Shown piece by piece: positions 10,101 to 18,690 of a stretch of 42,912 nucleotides of DNA. This DNA is from a virus (Duplodnaviria; Caudoviricetes). How positions within the stretch are numbered: position 1 is the stretch's first letter; each line of letters opens with the position of its first letter. The stretch spans positions 1-42,912 of IMG/VR virus record IMGVR_UViG_3300037722_001341; one strand, given 5' to 3'. The notes under the pieces were generated by a model. It was given only the letters and a program-made list of their open reading frames with translations. It did no database searches and was not told the origin of the DNA. The position numbers were made by a program, and so were the translations under genes.

Positions 10101-10808
10101 CGTCAGTTGAATTCGATGCTGGCCGGGGGTGGCCGTCACTTCGATGACCGCATCCGACGTGGCATATCCCGCCACCAGCGACACACCGCTGAGCAGTGTC
10201 CAGAGATAGGAGGCAATCGAGAAGGCACCGTGTGCGTAGCTGCTGTTGCTGCCCTTGCGCGGCAGGGTGAATGAGGCTGTACCATCACTGCCATCGCCCG
10301 CCTGCCACGCGCCAGCGTTGGCGACAGGGGGGGGTTGCCGGTTCTGATCGACGTAGGTCAGGTCGTGCTCTTTGAAAAACGCCTTGTTCAGAATGCGCGA
10401 GTACAGGCCCCACAACGGCTTGTGGCTGTAGATCGTGACCTCATCATCGTCGGCGATGGCTGTTTCGATTCGTTCGGCATAGCCTGGCTCACCCAGTGAT
10501 TTCGGATCGAGATACAGGGTATTGGCGATCACCGCTTTCCGCACCACGCCCCAGGTTTTGGGCGTGCCATCGCTGGCCGCGATTTTAACCAGTTGGCCGA
10601 CCTCCACATCGTCCCAGCCGACCGTCGTATCAACCGTGAGATCGGCGGCAGGAAACAGGGTCGGCGCACCATTGATCAGGGCCGTCGCCGTCACCTGGGG
10701 CGCAATGATGTTCAACACCAGATCGACCGTATGCCGGTGACTTATGCGTAGGATGCTCTTATCGGCGGCGGAAATCGCGGCGGCAGTCATCAATCGATCA
10801 CGTACCAC
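7173..10808 (-). CDS. Large tail/baseplate or receptor-binding protein with PKD-like and Asp-box (BNR) motifs
   Basis: 1211 aa; LTVTDSNG (PKD-like); STDNGGTW, SVDQGGTW, SGDGGS Asp-boxes. Confidence 0.75.
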   Translation of the reverse strand: MVRDRLMTAAAISAADKSILRISHRHTVDLVLNIIAPQVTATALINGAPTLFPAADLTVDTTVGWDDVEVGQLVKIAASDGTPKTWGVVRKAVIANTLYLDPKSLGEPGYAERIETAIADDDEVTIYSHKPLWGLYSRILNKAFFKEHDLTYVDQNRQPPPVANAGAWQAGDGSDGTASFTLPRKGSNSSYAHGAFSIASYLWTLLSGVSLVAGYATSDAVIEVTATPGQHRIQLTVTDSNGNSHTATTWLFVKGTGYTPFGETYPWQIESFSQTRQGAELVLSVWGDGLDDSVILPGAGVLLTESALFGGQVVSDGVLADTFVGYIVRFDEVEHDGEVPRMSMTVQSPYLIARDIPMPSQLLAEVSGTPGDWTECSTALSNPAGALFYLIRWHCRALLDMHDLDVGALTTPRKLSWPFDAGDLGSQMQSVADQVLGNLGSALDGTTTLRKNPIREGNTYRNAVAEVFDWQPGDIIPPITYPHNFRPQVGQVIGAGRSYNGGGASGIAPYAAIRKLGQGVGRTRMPDFSIALADGLTRVREAVGHWYAEQNNPTPEIRITADRNLDIVDPVQMVWHSFLIPADTTYDPRGKGWNGTRMLPVRVDRRYELEDFDLVKTIDVSFQPETFGQPGEELPWPRGEGAGQIDFGWVHNVPVPFAPKNTSLQLNLLLVHNDGGELARSFSLTSANPIFQDVSSLLEGTVCDADWDYNSAFFTNGFNASFKASVFVVTADGTSLNIYRIDDIFATTLSAELLSTYTMNDSSVSTGARIQCSRDYDDFVAVHWHDQSGEYVGRSTDNGGTWAAAVTVGSGHVDTGNDNADLGFALDGQAQLAAGWNGSSYTLYRAATTGGTFSAVSGASTISRPIPMIIADGEDSAYVVFTTISTTLNTVSMDSTTEPLYTDSQEATLSQVGGVDVAASYSLSGPSGHYLEHTGVAEPSSMALETLWQLKPSGFEENPISDWDSGNGITFRFEKRTTVSTPGQVEWTLPWTILVTFDDDSTDTDSGTLIYNASTATTTGPVGGIYTYFVAVQLETNIDITGGKRIKSIEITTSGTPDATTLQDEATWRILITRPRIDITETIYAGALKRVDDVHTSPTWWTITPSTPDGRPDAPYGLGVSKQDVNDIAMVGGDGSADWRLFQSVDQGGTWSNGGVSSYRAVKVSGDILLLGGVAALDYSGDGGSAIEDKRGNLAAVWGDVGTIRGMLALV

Positions 10809-11503
10809 TGCGAACCGTCGCTCACGATCCGGCCCGCAATGTCATACTGCGAGGTACCTGTCGCCAGCGTGGTAGAGCCATTAATGAGTTCCGCACCATC
10901 GGCATCCAGTGTGATCGCATTGGCATTGGCATCGGTTTTCACAATCACCACCGTCATGCCTTTGCAATTAGCCGCCGGAGCCAGGGTGATCGTGAAGGCC
11001 CCGCCAGTCGTGTCCCCGTCGATGGTGATATTCCGTCCAGGCGAGGCCGGAAGTGTGATCGCAGCGGTGACGCTCAGGTGGATATTGGCCGGGGATTGAG
11101 CGATAACATGCCATTCATCGCCATCGTTGATCAGTGTGACGGTCTCCCCTTCCCCGATCAGACTGTAGGTCGTCGCCGAATCGATGGTTTCTGCGCCCGA
11201 TGCATCGACCGTGACGACGTTGTTACTGCTGTCTTCTTTCTTCACCACGTAGATCGCCCCGACCCGCGCCGTCGCCACCGCAGGCAGGTTGACCGTAATT
11301 GCCCCACTGGTCGCATCGCCGACGATGACGCTCTCATTCTCTGAGGCGGTGTAGGGACTGGCGGTGTCGTTGATCTCCGTCACCGGCAGCCGGTGCATGG
11401 CACTCACGATAAAATCGCGGGCGTCCTGCTCGCTGATGATGCGCAAGATGTTGTCGGCAAACAGCGCTTGAAGAGCACTCAGGGTTGTTACCGTATCGGC
11501 CAT
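10790..11503 (-). CDS. Minor tail protein with two internal repeats
   Basis: Two copies of D.T.GA.T.(N/T)L...KxD...N..T.DAxGAE.I. Confidence 0.7.
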   Translation of the reverse strand: MADTVTTLSALQALFADNILRIISEQDARDFIVSAMHRLPVTEINDTASPYTASENESVIVGDATSGAITVNLPAVATARVGAIYVVKKEDSSNNVVTVDASGAETIDSATTYSLIGEGETVTLINDGDEWHVIAQSPANIHLSVTAAITLPASPGRNITIDGDTTGGAFTITLAPAANCKGMTVVIVKTDANANAITLDADGAELINGSTTLATGTSQYDIAGRIVSDGSQWYVID

Positions 11504-12030
11504 CAGGCATCAAATCCTATGCTAAATCCTCGTGTAAACCCAACCCCGGCGCTGGCAAGGGTCATCCCGACCAGTTCAAACGCGACATCGGTATGATAGA
11601 TGACCGCGTGCGGGTGGATTGCTTCGAACGTGATTTCCGGGCGGATCATGGTCGCGTGATAAGCAGCCCATTCGAGCGTGCCGGTTTGCAGCCGGTCACG
11701 CACATACACCGTGACCGCCGCGCTCTCGTTCGGCTCGTCGCCTTCCGCTGACCCCTTGCTGAAGAAGGTCTGATCCATATAGTGCCACATCTCCTGCGTG
11801 AGGACGGCCAGGCGTAGGGTAGCGCGGCCCTTCCCAAATCGCCCCATCGAGCGATCCAGCGCCTGTACCCGGCTGACGTAGGGCTGGACGATATCGAAGC
11901 TGGCCGGAAGCCAGGCATAGGTCGGCAGCACCTGGTCAGATTGTGCCGGGAAGTTCGTGATGATATTGCTGTCGTCCGCCAGCAGCGCCAGCTCGGTGAT
12001 CGTCCCGGCGGCCAGCCGATAATCGCTCAT
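11503..12030 (-). CDS. Putative distal tail protein
   Basis: Immediately downstream of the tape measure gene, overlapping ATGA. Confidence 0.6.
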   Translation of the reverse strand: MSDYRLAAGTITELALLADDSNIITNFPAQSDQVLPTYAWLPASFDIVQPYVSRVQALDRSMGRFGKGRATLRLAVLTQEMWHYMDQTFFSKGSAEGDEPNESAAVTVYVRDRLQTGTLEWAAYHATMIRPEITFEAIHPHAVIYHTDVAFELVGMTLASAGVGFTRGFSIGFDA

Positions 12031-14345
12031 GACACTGCCTTGAAGCGCTTATTGACAATCGCCCGCACCGTCGCCTCGCCGATCTGGATCGCCATGTCAT
12101 TGACGACCCGGTTGACCTCGCCCGGCGTGGCGATCTCGCCGACCTGGATCGGGCCGTTCACCTGCACCGTCACTGGAAATCCCGACCCCCCGGAGACCCC
12201 CCCGGACGGTCGCAGCGGCATAATGAGTTCAGGCCCCGCTTCCCCGACAAGGCCAACGGTTGGCTTTCGCACGATCCCGCCTCTGGCGAAGGCGGTCAGA
12301 AAGCCACCACTGCCGCCGAAGCTGGTCTGCCCCGGCCTCATTTCGATGGAGCCGGAGGACAGGGAGCGCGCGGGAGCGCCGACTCCCCCACCGAGATTGG
12401 CCGCTGCCGCCCCTACCGCCCGCAGAGCCGCGATCTCGGCATCCCGTTTGAGGGTGATTTCCGAGAGCGTCCGATTCAGCGCGTCGCGGGATCGCTGGTC
12501 GGCAATGCGCTCGTCTTCCTGCTGGCGGGCCAGTTGTTTGGCACGCGCAGCCTCTGCCGCCGCTTCCGCTTTGGCATACCCCGCAACCTCGGCGTCGATC
12601 CGCTGTTCAATCGCTGCCCGTTCCGCCGCTTCCTGCTCGGCCAGTTTAGCCCGCCGTTCCTCGAAGCTGACCCGGATATCGGTCAGTTCCGCTTCCAGAC
12701 CGGCTCGCAGTTCGGCCACCCGCACCTCACGTGACTCGCGCGCTTCCTGGCGCTCGGCATCGAAGTCGGTTTGTCGATCCCTGGTCGCCTGATCCTGGTC
12801 TTCCTTCTTGCGCCGGTTCTCGACCCGGAAACGATCCTGCTCGGCGATGAAGGCCAGGATGTCGTTGTCGCGCTCGGCCTCGAACAGCGACCGCTGGTGG
12901 TCTTCCAGCCGCCGCTTCTGATCCCGCTCGAAGTTCCGGTTGAGGCGGGCTTCGTCCTTTCTGAAACCCTCCAGCGCGGCCAGTTCCGAGGCCATGTACT
13001 CTTTATTGACCGCATCCAGCGCGTCGGCGGTTTCACGCCGGGCATCGGCCTGGGCGCGGGCCAGTTCACCCGGCAGGGCACTCAGCTGCGACCGAATCTG
13101 CTCGACGCGCTCCTGTCCCTGCTCCTCAATGGCCGCGAGTTTCGCCTGGTGGTTTTCCAGAGCCTGCTCGCGGGCTGCATCGAAGTCCTCCTCAGCGCGT
13201 TCGGCCCGCAGACGCCGATCCTGGTTCAGTTGAGCCAGACGCCGACTTTCAGTGGTGAGCGCACTGGCCGCCTGCTGATCCAGGCTCCCGATACGCTGCC
13301 GGGCAGCCTCCGCCTCGCGTTCGCGGGCTTCGGCCAACTGCCTGGATTTCTCAGCCGCTTCCTCGGCAGATTTTGCGGCGTCATTGGTGGCGAAGGCGTT
13401 GTCTTCAAGTCCTGCCGTGAGCCGATCAATCAGACCACTGCTTTCAGCGATCTGCGCATCTAGTTCGCTAAAGCGTGTCCCTGCACTTTGGAAGTTGGTG
13501 TCGGCGATCCCTTTAACCGCCGTCCGAATGCGCGCCCCCAGATCGCCGAGTGTCTGCTGCTGCTCATCACGAAAGATGCGATCCAGTTCATCACGAATCT
13601 CGGTACGTTGCGTCCGTAAGCTCTCTAACCGACGCTGCTCTTCTTCAAGTCTTGCTCGGGCATCTTCGGTCGTACCCGTTTCCAGGAGACCGAAATAGGC
13701 TTCCTGACTGGCGACCAACCGACCCAATGCTGCCGATTGGGCCTGGATGGAATCGAGATAGAGCTTCGACGCAATTATTATCGCGCCGAGTCCTGCTAAG
13801 CCAGCCAGACCAACCGGCCCAAGTGCTTTTGCCGCCGCCAGTGCTGAATCTGGTAGGGCCACGAGAGATTGTTTCAGCCGAGGTAGCTGCTCGATGAGAT
13901 CAACTGCATCCGCCGCAAGTCCAATACCACCAGCAGCGCCTGTCAATCCGGCTGTACCGGCCAGTCCTCGAGCTGCGGAGAGATTTGAGGCCACATCACC
14001 CGCAAGAGCTACCTGACCGGCGACCTGGTTGAATTCTTTGTTCCGCCTTTCTAAAACGCTCATGTCTTTTTCAGTTTTGCGCGCCGCAGTGCCGACCTTC
14101 TTGATCGACTTCGCCTCTTCATCCAGTGCGAGTGCCGCTTTTCGTACCTCGGCACGCAATTTATCGGTATCGCGGACGAAGGTTTGATGCTGGCGCACCA
14201 GGGGGATCGCCTCTTTGAGAAGTGCCCGCTCGCTGCGCGCCCAATCGTCGATCTCGGCTCGAATCAGCCCGATCCGCTTCTGCAGATCGGCCGCTTCGTT
14301 GCGGTTATATTTGAAGGTGAAGTCGAGAAATTTACGAGAAGTCAT
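12027..14345 (-). CDS. Tape measure protein
   Basis: Long Ala/Glu/Arg helical protein; C-terminal FARGGIVRKPTVGLVGEAGPELIMPL motif; follows the chaperone genes. Confidence 0.88.
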   Translation of the reverse strand: MTSRKFLDFTFKYNRNEAADLQKRIGLIRAEIDDWARSERALLKEAIPLVRQHQTFVRDTDKLRAEVRKAALALDEEAKSIKKVGTAARKTEKDMSVLERRNKEFNQVAGQVALAGDVASNLSAARGLAGTAGLTGAAGGIGLAADAVDLIEQLPRLKQSLVALPDSALAAAKALGPVGLAGLAGLGAIIIASKLYLDSIQAQSAALGRLVASQEAYFGLLETGTTEDARARLEEEQRRLESLRTQRTEIRDELDRIFRDEQQQTLGDLGARIRTAVKGIADTNFQSAGTRFSELDAQIAESSGLIDRLTAGLEDNAFATNDAAKSAEEAAEKSRQLAEAREREAEAARQRIGSLDQQAASALTTESRRLAQLNQDRRLRAERAEEDFDAAREQALENHQAKLAAIEEQGQERVEQIRSQLSALPGELARAQADARRETADALDAVNKEYMASELAALEGFRKDEARLNRNFERDQKRRLEDHQRSLFEAERDNDILAFIAEQDRFRVENRRKKEDQDQATRDRQTDFDAERQEARESREVRVAELRAGLEAELTDIRVSFEERRAKLAEQEAAERAAIEQRIDAEVAGYAKAEAAAEAARAKQLARQQEDERIADQRSRDALNRTLSEITLKRDAEIAALRAVGAAAANLGGGVGAPARSLSSGSIEMRPGQTSFGGSGGFLTAFARGGIVRKPTVGLVGEAGPELIMPLRPSGGVSGGSGFPVTVQVNGPIQVGEIATPGEVNRVVNDMAIQIGEATVRAIVNKRFKAVS

Positions 14346-14359
14346 GATGTCCCCGAATC

Positions 14360-14380
14360 AAAGACGCCCCGTCGGGCGTC
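14360..14380 (-). terminator. Hairpin/terminator just upstream of the tape measure gene
   Basis: GACGCCC-gacg-GGGCGTC-TTTG on the minus strand. Confidence 0.5.
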
Positions 14381-14404
14381 GAATGATTTGATAGTAGTTG
14401 GTCA

Positions 14405-14461
14405 TTACTTTCGCATTTTCAGTTCTCGTTCGAGAAGCGCCGCTGTACGTCGCGAGTTCAT
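14405..14461 (-). CDS. 18-aa mini-ORF or gene remnant (MNSRRTAALLERELKMRK)
   Basis: Its RBS GGAGGGG is separated from the ATG by the 49-bp element. Confidence 0.35.
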   Translation of the reverse strand: MNSRRTAALLERELKMRK

Positions 14462-14510
14462 CAAAATTTTAGGCGTGGAAACCCCTGGCTTTAGCGATGG
14501 GGTAGTTGAC
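14462..14510 (-). mobile_element. Collapsed IS200/IS605-family (IscB/ISC-type) miniature element (PATE-like)
   Basis: GTCAACTACCCCATCGCTAAAGCCAGGGGTTTCCACGCCTAAAATTTTG followed by ATGA; resembles fused left and right ends around one CTAAAG hairpin. Confidence 0.75.
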
Positions 14511-14604
14511 GATGCCCCTCCATGTGTCTTTTCACACAGTGTAACACACAGATTAGCATCAAACCTCTTACGGCGCAAAACAGTTGGCCGATAGGATGTT
14601 GGAC

Positions 14605-14889
14605 TTACCCCAACACATCCCCAATCGAGGGAACCTCCTGGCGCTCGGCCAACTGCGCATTCCGATCATGCCAGTCGCTCAAGATGAGAAGCTGCCGGAA
14701 ATCATGCAAAACCCACGTGGGCTGGTCGAGCCAGCTTCCGCCATAGGGCAGCACCTGGAACCCGGACATCTTCCATATCTGAAAGCACTCCAGCGACGTA
14801 TCCGGGTTGCCGTAGAACCCGGCTTTCCGCGCCAGCGCCGTCAACTCGCTGAAGGGCCGATGGATGTCGTTGGCGTGCTGATACAGCAC
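14605..14889 (-). CDS. Tail assembly chaperone, frameshift (GT-type) segment
   Basis: Frame is open back to the A9 run at 14945-14953 and is -1 relative to the upstream ORF. Confidence 0.75.
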   Translation of the reverse strand: MLYQHANDIHRPFSELTALARKAGFYGNPDTSLECFQIWKMSGFQVLPYGGSWLDQPTWVLHDFRQLLILSDWHDRNAQLAERQEVPSIGDVLG

Positions 14890-14903
14890 CCCCTCGACCC
14901 GCT

Positions 14904-15311
14904 CTAGGACGCGCCTTCGCTTTTCGAGGATAGCGGGGTCGCGCTTTTTTTTTCGGGCAATTGATCCTCCGGGAGCAGATCGGGGTCGCCGATTGGCTGG
15001 TTCACCGTGTTCAAAGCATTGACGATTTGTACCATCAAGTGGGGCGGGATATCCAGAAACCGCTCAAACGCCGTGGTTAAATCTTCGGCGCTGCTTCCCG
15101 GACTGATGAACAGGTTATTCAGTTCGCTCTTGCCTTCCACACGTCCCTGCGTGATGACGTAGGCGAAGGTCTGGACGCGGTTGAATTCCAGGTCATTCTC
15201 ACCGGTGCCCAGGCGGATATAGACCACCTGCCGGTCGAGTACATCGCTGCCCCGTTCGGGGCGAATGATCAATTTCGCCCCATTATATTCTACCGTCTTC
15301 TCGTGGCTCAT
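14904..15311 (-). CDS. Tail assembly chaperone (G-type)
   Basis: Between the major tail and tape measure genes; slippery site near its 3' end. Confidence 0.8.
   Translation of the reverse strand: MSHEKTVEYNGAKLIIRPERGSDVLDRQVVYIRLGTGENDLEFNRVQTFAYVITQGRVEGKSELNNLFISPGSSAEDLTTAFERFLDIPPHLMVQIVNALNTVNQPIGDPDLLPEDQLPEKKSATPLSSKSEGAS
14944..14953 (-). other. Programmed -1 ribosomal frameshift site
   Basis: GAA AAA AAA AGC; a -1 slip gives ...EKKKRDPAILEKRRRVLERVEGVLYQHAND. Confidence 0.8.
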
Positions 15312-15330
15312 CGGTTAGTCCGTGTATTCG

Positions 15331-16182
15331 TTACGACGTGTATTCGTAAACGATGACAGCCTCTTCACCCGCCGCTGGCACCGAGACCCAGGTCAGGGTC
15401 TTGGTCGCGGGCACGACCGTATAATCGGTCGTCGCCGTCTGCTTAACGCCATCGACCCAGACAGCAATCTTGTTGGTCGTATGATCTCCCGCCGGGGTGA
15501 AGTCGAGCACAGTCGTAGTTATCACACCATCCCCTATGAAGGCATGAGCGGTGAGGCGATTCTCGGCCCAGAATTCGATGGCGTCGGCTTTGACATCGCC
15601 TTCATTGGCTTCAGACAGAGCCGTGCCCCAAAAATGGCTCCCAGCCGCGTTGATGATAGCGCTGAAGCGATTGACGTGCGCATTACGGTTCGAGATTCCG
15701 CCCGGCCCCAGATAAGTAACCTCCACTTTAGGTATCAGCGCCACCCGGAATCCGGCCTGATTCAGAGACGCAGCCGCCTGGCTTTTGGCCTGCGTGTTGA
15801 TGATCCAGGCCATCGAAATCGGTGTGCGCGTGCCGGGGCGGATCAGGTTGAAATCCCAGTCGCCCAGGGCATAAACATTGGTACCCTGAAGCAGCGCAGC
15901 GATGGCAAAATCGACCGAGCCGGATTCGAAGGTGAAGCCAGTCTCTGATCCGGATTCGAATTGGAACGTCGCCAGGCGTCCATCATTGCCCTCGACATTG
16001 ACCCGCTCCAGCTCCGGCACCTGAATATCAGCGGTCTGTGCGCCGATCATGATCAGCGCGCCGCTGTCGTCGCCGTTGGCGGGCGCGGCGGCGGCTCCAG
16101 AAAAGATGCTGTTGCTGTTCAGCACCCCGACGTGCACCGAGTCTAACCCGGCGCTGGCGAGCTTCTCGATATTGACGGGCAT
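15331..16182 (-). CDS. Major tail (tube) protein with C-terminal Ig-like domain
   Basis: Position and size; C-terminal VWVDGVKQ...DYTV...LTW...PAAGE. Confidence 0.75.
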   Translation of the reverse strand: MPVNIEKLASAGLDSVHVGVLNSNSIFSGAAAAPANGDDSGALIMIGAQTADIQVPELERVNVEGNDGRLATFQFESGSETGFTFESGSVDFAIAALLQGTNVYALGDWDFNLIRPGTRTPISMAWIINTQAKSQAAASLNQAGFRVALIPKVEVTYLGPGGISNRNAHVNRFSAIINAAGSHFWGTALSEANEGDVKADAIEFWAENRLTAHAFIGDGVITTTVLDFTPAGDHTTNKIAVWVDGVKQTATTDYTVVPATKTLTWVSVPAAGEEAVIVYEYTS

Positions 16183-16478
16183 TATTCAGCCTCCATTTTC
16201 TCCGCTTTCGCGGCCTGGCTCGCAGTGCGCTGCGCCTTCTTCTGTTCCTCTTCCTCGGCGCGTTGAACTGTCTTGAAATGCTCAACGCATTCCTTGTAGA
16301 TAGCCTCGCGCTTGTCCTGTGTCGTCGTCCGCGCTACGTCGGGCCGCATCCTGAAAAAATAGTTCGTTCCCGGCACCCGCGACCGGACGTTAGCTCCCAA
16401 CGGTCTTCTGGTCATGACACAGAGAGTCGCATCGGTCTTGATCGACCCGTCCTCGCTGTATTCGCCGAATATGCTCAT
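16182..16478 (-). CDS. Hypothetical protein
   Basis: Translationally coupled within the tail operon. Confidence 0.65.
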   Translation of the reverse strand: MSIFGEYSEDGSIKTDATLCVMTRRPLGANVRSRVPGTNYFFRMRPDVARTTTQDKREAIYKECVEHFKTVQRAEEEEQKKAQRTASQAAKAEKMEAE

Positions 16479-16949
16479 TTAGAAGTTCTCACTTTCGACT
16501 ACAGGCAGCCGGAACACCACGCCCCAGTATGCCTGACTTTCTCGGATGATTTTTTGAATACCCCCGTCGGCCATCAACTGGCAGTCGTAGACCAGATCGC
16601 TCAGCCCGGTGACCGGATCGCCGAGCCGAATCCGCTCGGCGAAATACTTCGGCACCGAACTCAGGAACGCCTCGCAGCTTTCCATCGTGGCCGTGTCGGG
16701 GAACAATACCTCATCTCTGGTCTCGGCTACGTGCAGCAGCATCGTGAAGGTGCGCGTGACCAGATACATATCGGACGAAAGAAACTGCCGCTGTGCCGGA
16801 GCCTGCATCAGGCGCGTGACCATCGCCGGAAGCGCGGCGTCCTGGAACGGCGGTATCGCTTCCGGGTAGTCGTCGAGGGTGGTCGTCACCCCGCTGACCT
16901 GCCCGGCCAGCACCACGATCCGATCCTTGATTTCAGTTGGGGTTGCCAC
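16479..16949 (-). CDS. Putative tail terminator/completion protein
   Basis: Synteny and size. Confidence 0.6.
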   Translation of the reverse strand: MATPTEIKDRIVVLAGQVSGVTTTLDDYPEAIPPFQDAALPAMVTRLMQAPAQRQFLSSDMYLVTRTFTMLLHVAETRDEVLFPDTATMESCEAFLSSVPKYFAERIRLGDPVTGLSDLVYDCQLMADGGIQKIIRESQAYWGVVFRLPVVESENF

Positions 16950-17467
16950 TACGCAAACCTCGATCCCGGCGGCTGGTCGATGACCTCGAAGTACAGGTCG
17001 ATGAGTTCATCGGCCAGTTCGTCCGCCAACTGCTCGCCGATAAAATCCGCCCTCGGCCAGCCGGTATCGGCATGGAAAGGCTGCTGATCTTCGAACACCA
17101 CGTACTGCGCGTAGAACGTGCCCTCGCTGTCCTGGGCCGTGTTTGTCGCCGTGATTTCGACACCGTCGGGAAGTCCCTTCGCTTCGACTTCCCAACTTTG
17201 TTGCAACCGATTGCTCCGCCGATAGGGCAGATTGCCCTCGCGTCGCAGCTTCGCCATGACATACCGTCGCTGCCGTTCAGATTTCCAGCGTATCGGATAG
17301 CGTGGCGATCCTGGATAAGGTCCGACCAGGGTCAGGATACGCTGGTAGAGATCGCCCAGAATACGCTGATTGATGACCACGTTCACCGTGCGCGGGGCTT
17401 TCTCGATAGCCTCTTCCAGCGCTTCCAGGACATCGGTATCGGCCTGAATTCGAAGGCTCGCGACCAT
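16949..17467 (-). CDS. Neck/tail-completion protein (HK97 gp10-like)
   Basis: RSNRLQQSW...YAQYV...QQPFHADTGW pattern; synteny. Confidence 0.6.
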   Translation of the reverse strand: MVASLRIQADTDVLEALEEAIEKAPRTVNVVINQRILGDLYQRILTLVGPYPGSPRYPIRWKSERQRRYVMAKLRREGNLPYRRSNRLQQSWEVEAKGLPDGVEITATNTAQDSEGTFYAQYVVFEDQQPFHADTGWPRADFIGEQLADELADELIDLYFEVIDQPPGSRFA

Positions 17468-17808
17468 CAGGTGATATCCTCGATGTCGGTGTCGATGTTC
17501 ATATCGAGTGAACCGATCCGGATGCGTGTCCCGGAAAGCCCGGTTTGTCGCTCCCAGTAATCGAGCACCTTGCTTAGCTGCTCGAACCGCTGTGAACGCG
17601 CTTCGCTGTTCAAATCGAGATTGACATCGACCTGCACCGCATAAATCCCGATCAGTCGCCGCAACACCAGCACTGTGGTTTCATCCAGGTCATCCTCGGC
17701 ACTCGCATAATCCTCGTCGAGCTGCGCGTCGGTCACTTTTGGATCGTCGGTGTTGGTGTCGCCGGTGCGCTGGCGGAGCAGCGTTTTCTGACTAGTCGTC
17801 AGCGCCAT
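17467..17808 (-). CDS. Head-tail adaptor
   Basis: LRQRTGDT...VTDAQLD pattern; synteny. Confidence 0.65.
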   Translation of the reverse strand: MALTTSQKTLLRQRTGDTNTDDPKVTDAQLDEDYASAEDDLDETTVLVLRRLIGIYAVQVDVNLDLNSEARSQRFEQLSKVLDYWERQTGLSGTRIRIGSLDMNIDTDIEDIT

Positions 17809-18037
17809 CGGTCGCCGCTTTCTTCTTCTTGCGCGGTTTTGTCACAGCGTCCACCTGCTCCAGCCAGTCAGCCAGTGCTTCAAGCCGAAGGCTCTCGACC
17901 CGTTCCATGTCTCGTCCCCGGATAGAGACTTCCGGGGGATCGAGAGCCAGTTTGGCCGACAGCCGCAGACTGCTTTCACGCAGCCGCCGCAAAGCCTGTT
18001 CCCGTTTGAGTGCCGTCGCACGAGGACTCGCCATCAA
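17792..18037 (-). CDS. Hypothetical small protein
   Basis: Overlaps both neighbours in the operon. Confidence 0.6.
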   Translation of the reverse strand: MMASPRATALKREQALRRLRESSLRLSAKLALDPPEVSIRGRDMERVESLRLEALADWLEQVDAVTKPRKKKKAATDGADD

Positions 18038-18624
18038 GCGGCGTGAGTGATGGCATCACTGATCACCAGTGAGCCATTCGGCATGACCAGAACCAGGTAC
18101 TTCGTCAGCGCCCCGGCCTCATTGAACGTAATGTCCGCATCCCCATCCGCTTCGCTAATCAAGAGGCCGGAAAGATTCGCGACACTCTCGATCAATGCCC
18201 CATCCGTACCGATAGCCGCGCCGCCACTGTGAGCAACGCTAGCCGGGTCGAGTCCGGCGGCGTCATCCGCCAGATACCAGGGCACGCACACCGGCGTCGC
18301 CATGTCGGCCCCTGCTGCATCGGTGAACTGGATGGTGACGTTGATATTCGGATCCGACTCCGCACCAACAACAATGGTCGCACCTGCGACCATGTTATCG
18401 GTCAGGTTCAGTTCGTCTTTCGTCGCGGTAACTCCATCCAGGATGTTGAGTTCGGCGGTCGTAACGGTCGCCCCATCGAGCTTGTTCAGTTCCGCTGCCG
18501 AGGCCGTCAAGCCGCCGAGAATCCCCAGTTCGGTCAAATCGACCTCGACGCCGTTCGCCATCAGCGAGGTACGCACATCCAGACGTTTCACGACCAGATG
18601 GTCGATAAATTTCTTGAGTCCCAT
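18034..18624 (-). CDS. Putative virion/decoration protein
   Basis: RBS AGGAGG; repeated (T/S)AAELNxLDG.T motif. Confidence 0.7.
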   Translation of the reverse strand: MGLKKFIDHLVVKRLDVRTSLMANGVEVDLTELGILGGLTASAAELNKLDGATVTTAELNILDGVTATKDELNLTDNMVAGATIVVGAESDPNINVTIQFTDAAGADMATPVCVPWYLADDAAGLDPASVAHSGGAAIGTDGALIESVANLSGLLISEADGDADITFNEAGALTKYLVLVMPNGSLVISDAITHAA

Positions 18625-18638
18625 ACAACCTCCTGTTT

Positions 18639-18667
18639 GTAGGGGCGAGCAGCTTCATCGCCCCTGT
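18639..18667. repeat. GTAG-family REP-like hairpin after the capsid gene
   Basis: GTAGGGGCGA-gcagcttca-TCGCCCCTGT. Confidence 0.6.
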
Positions 18668-18690
18668 TCCGCTCAAGCTGTCAGTCCGAC

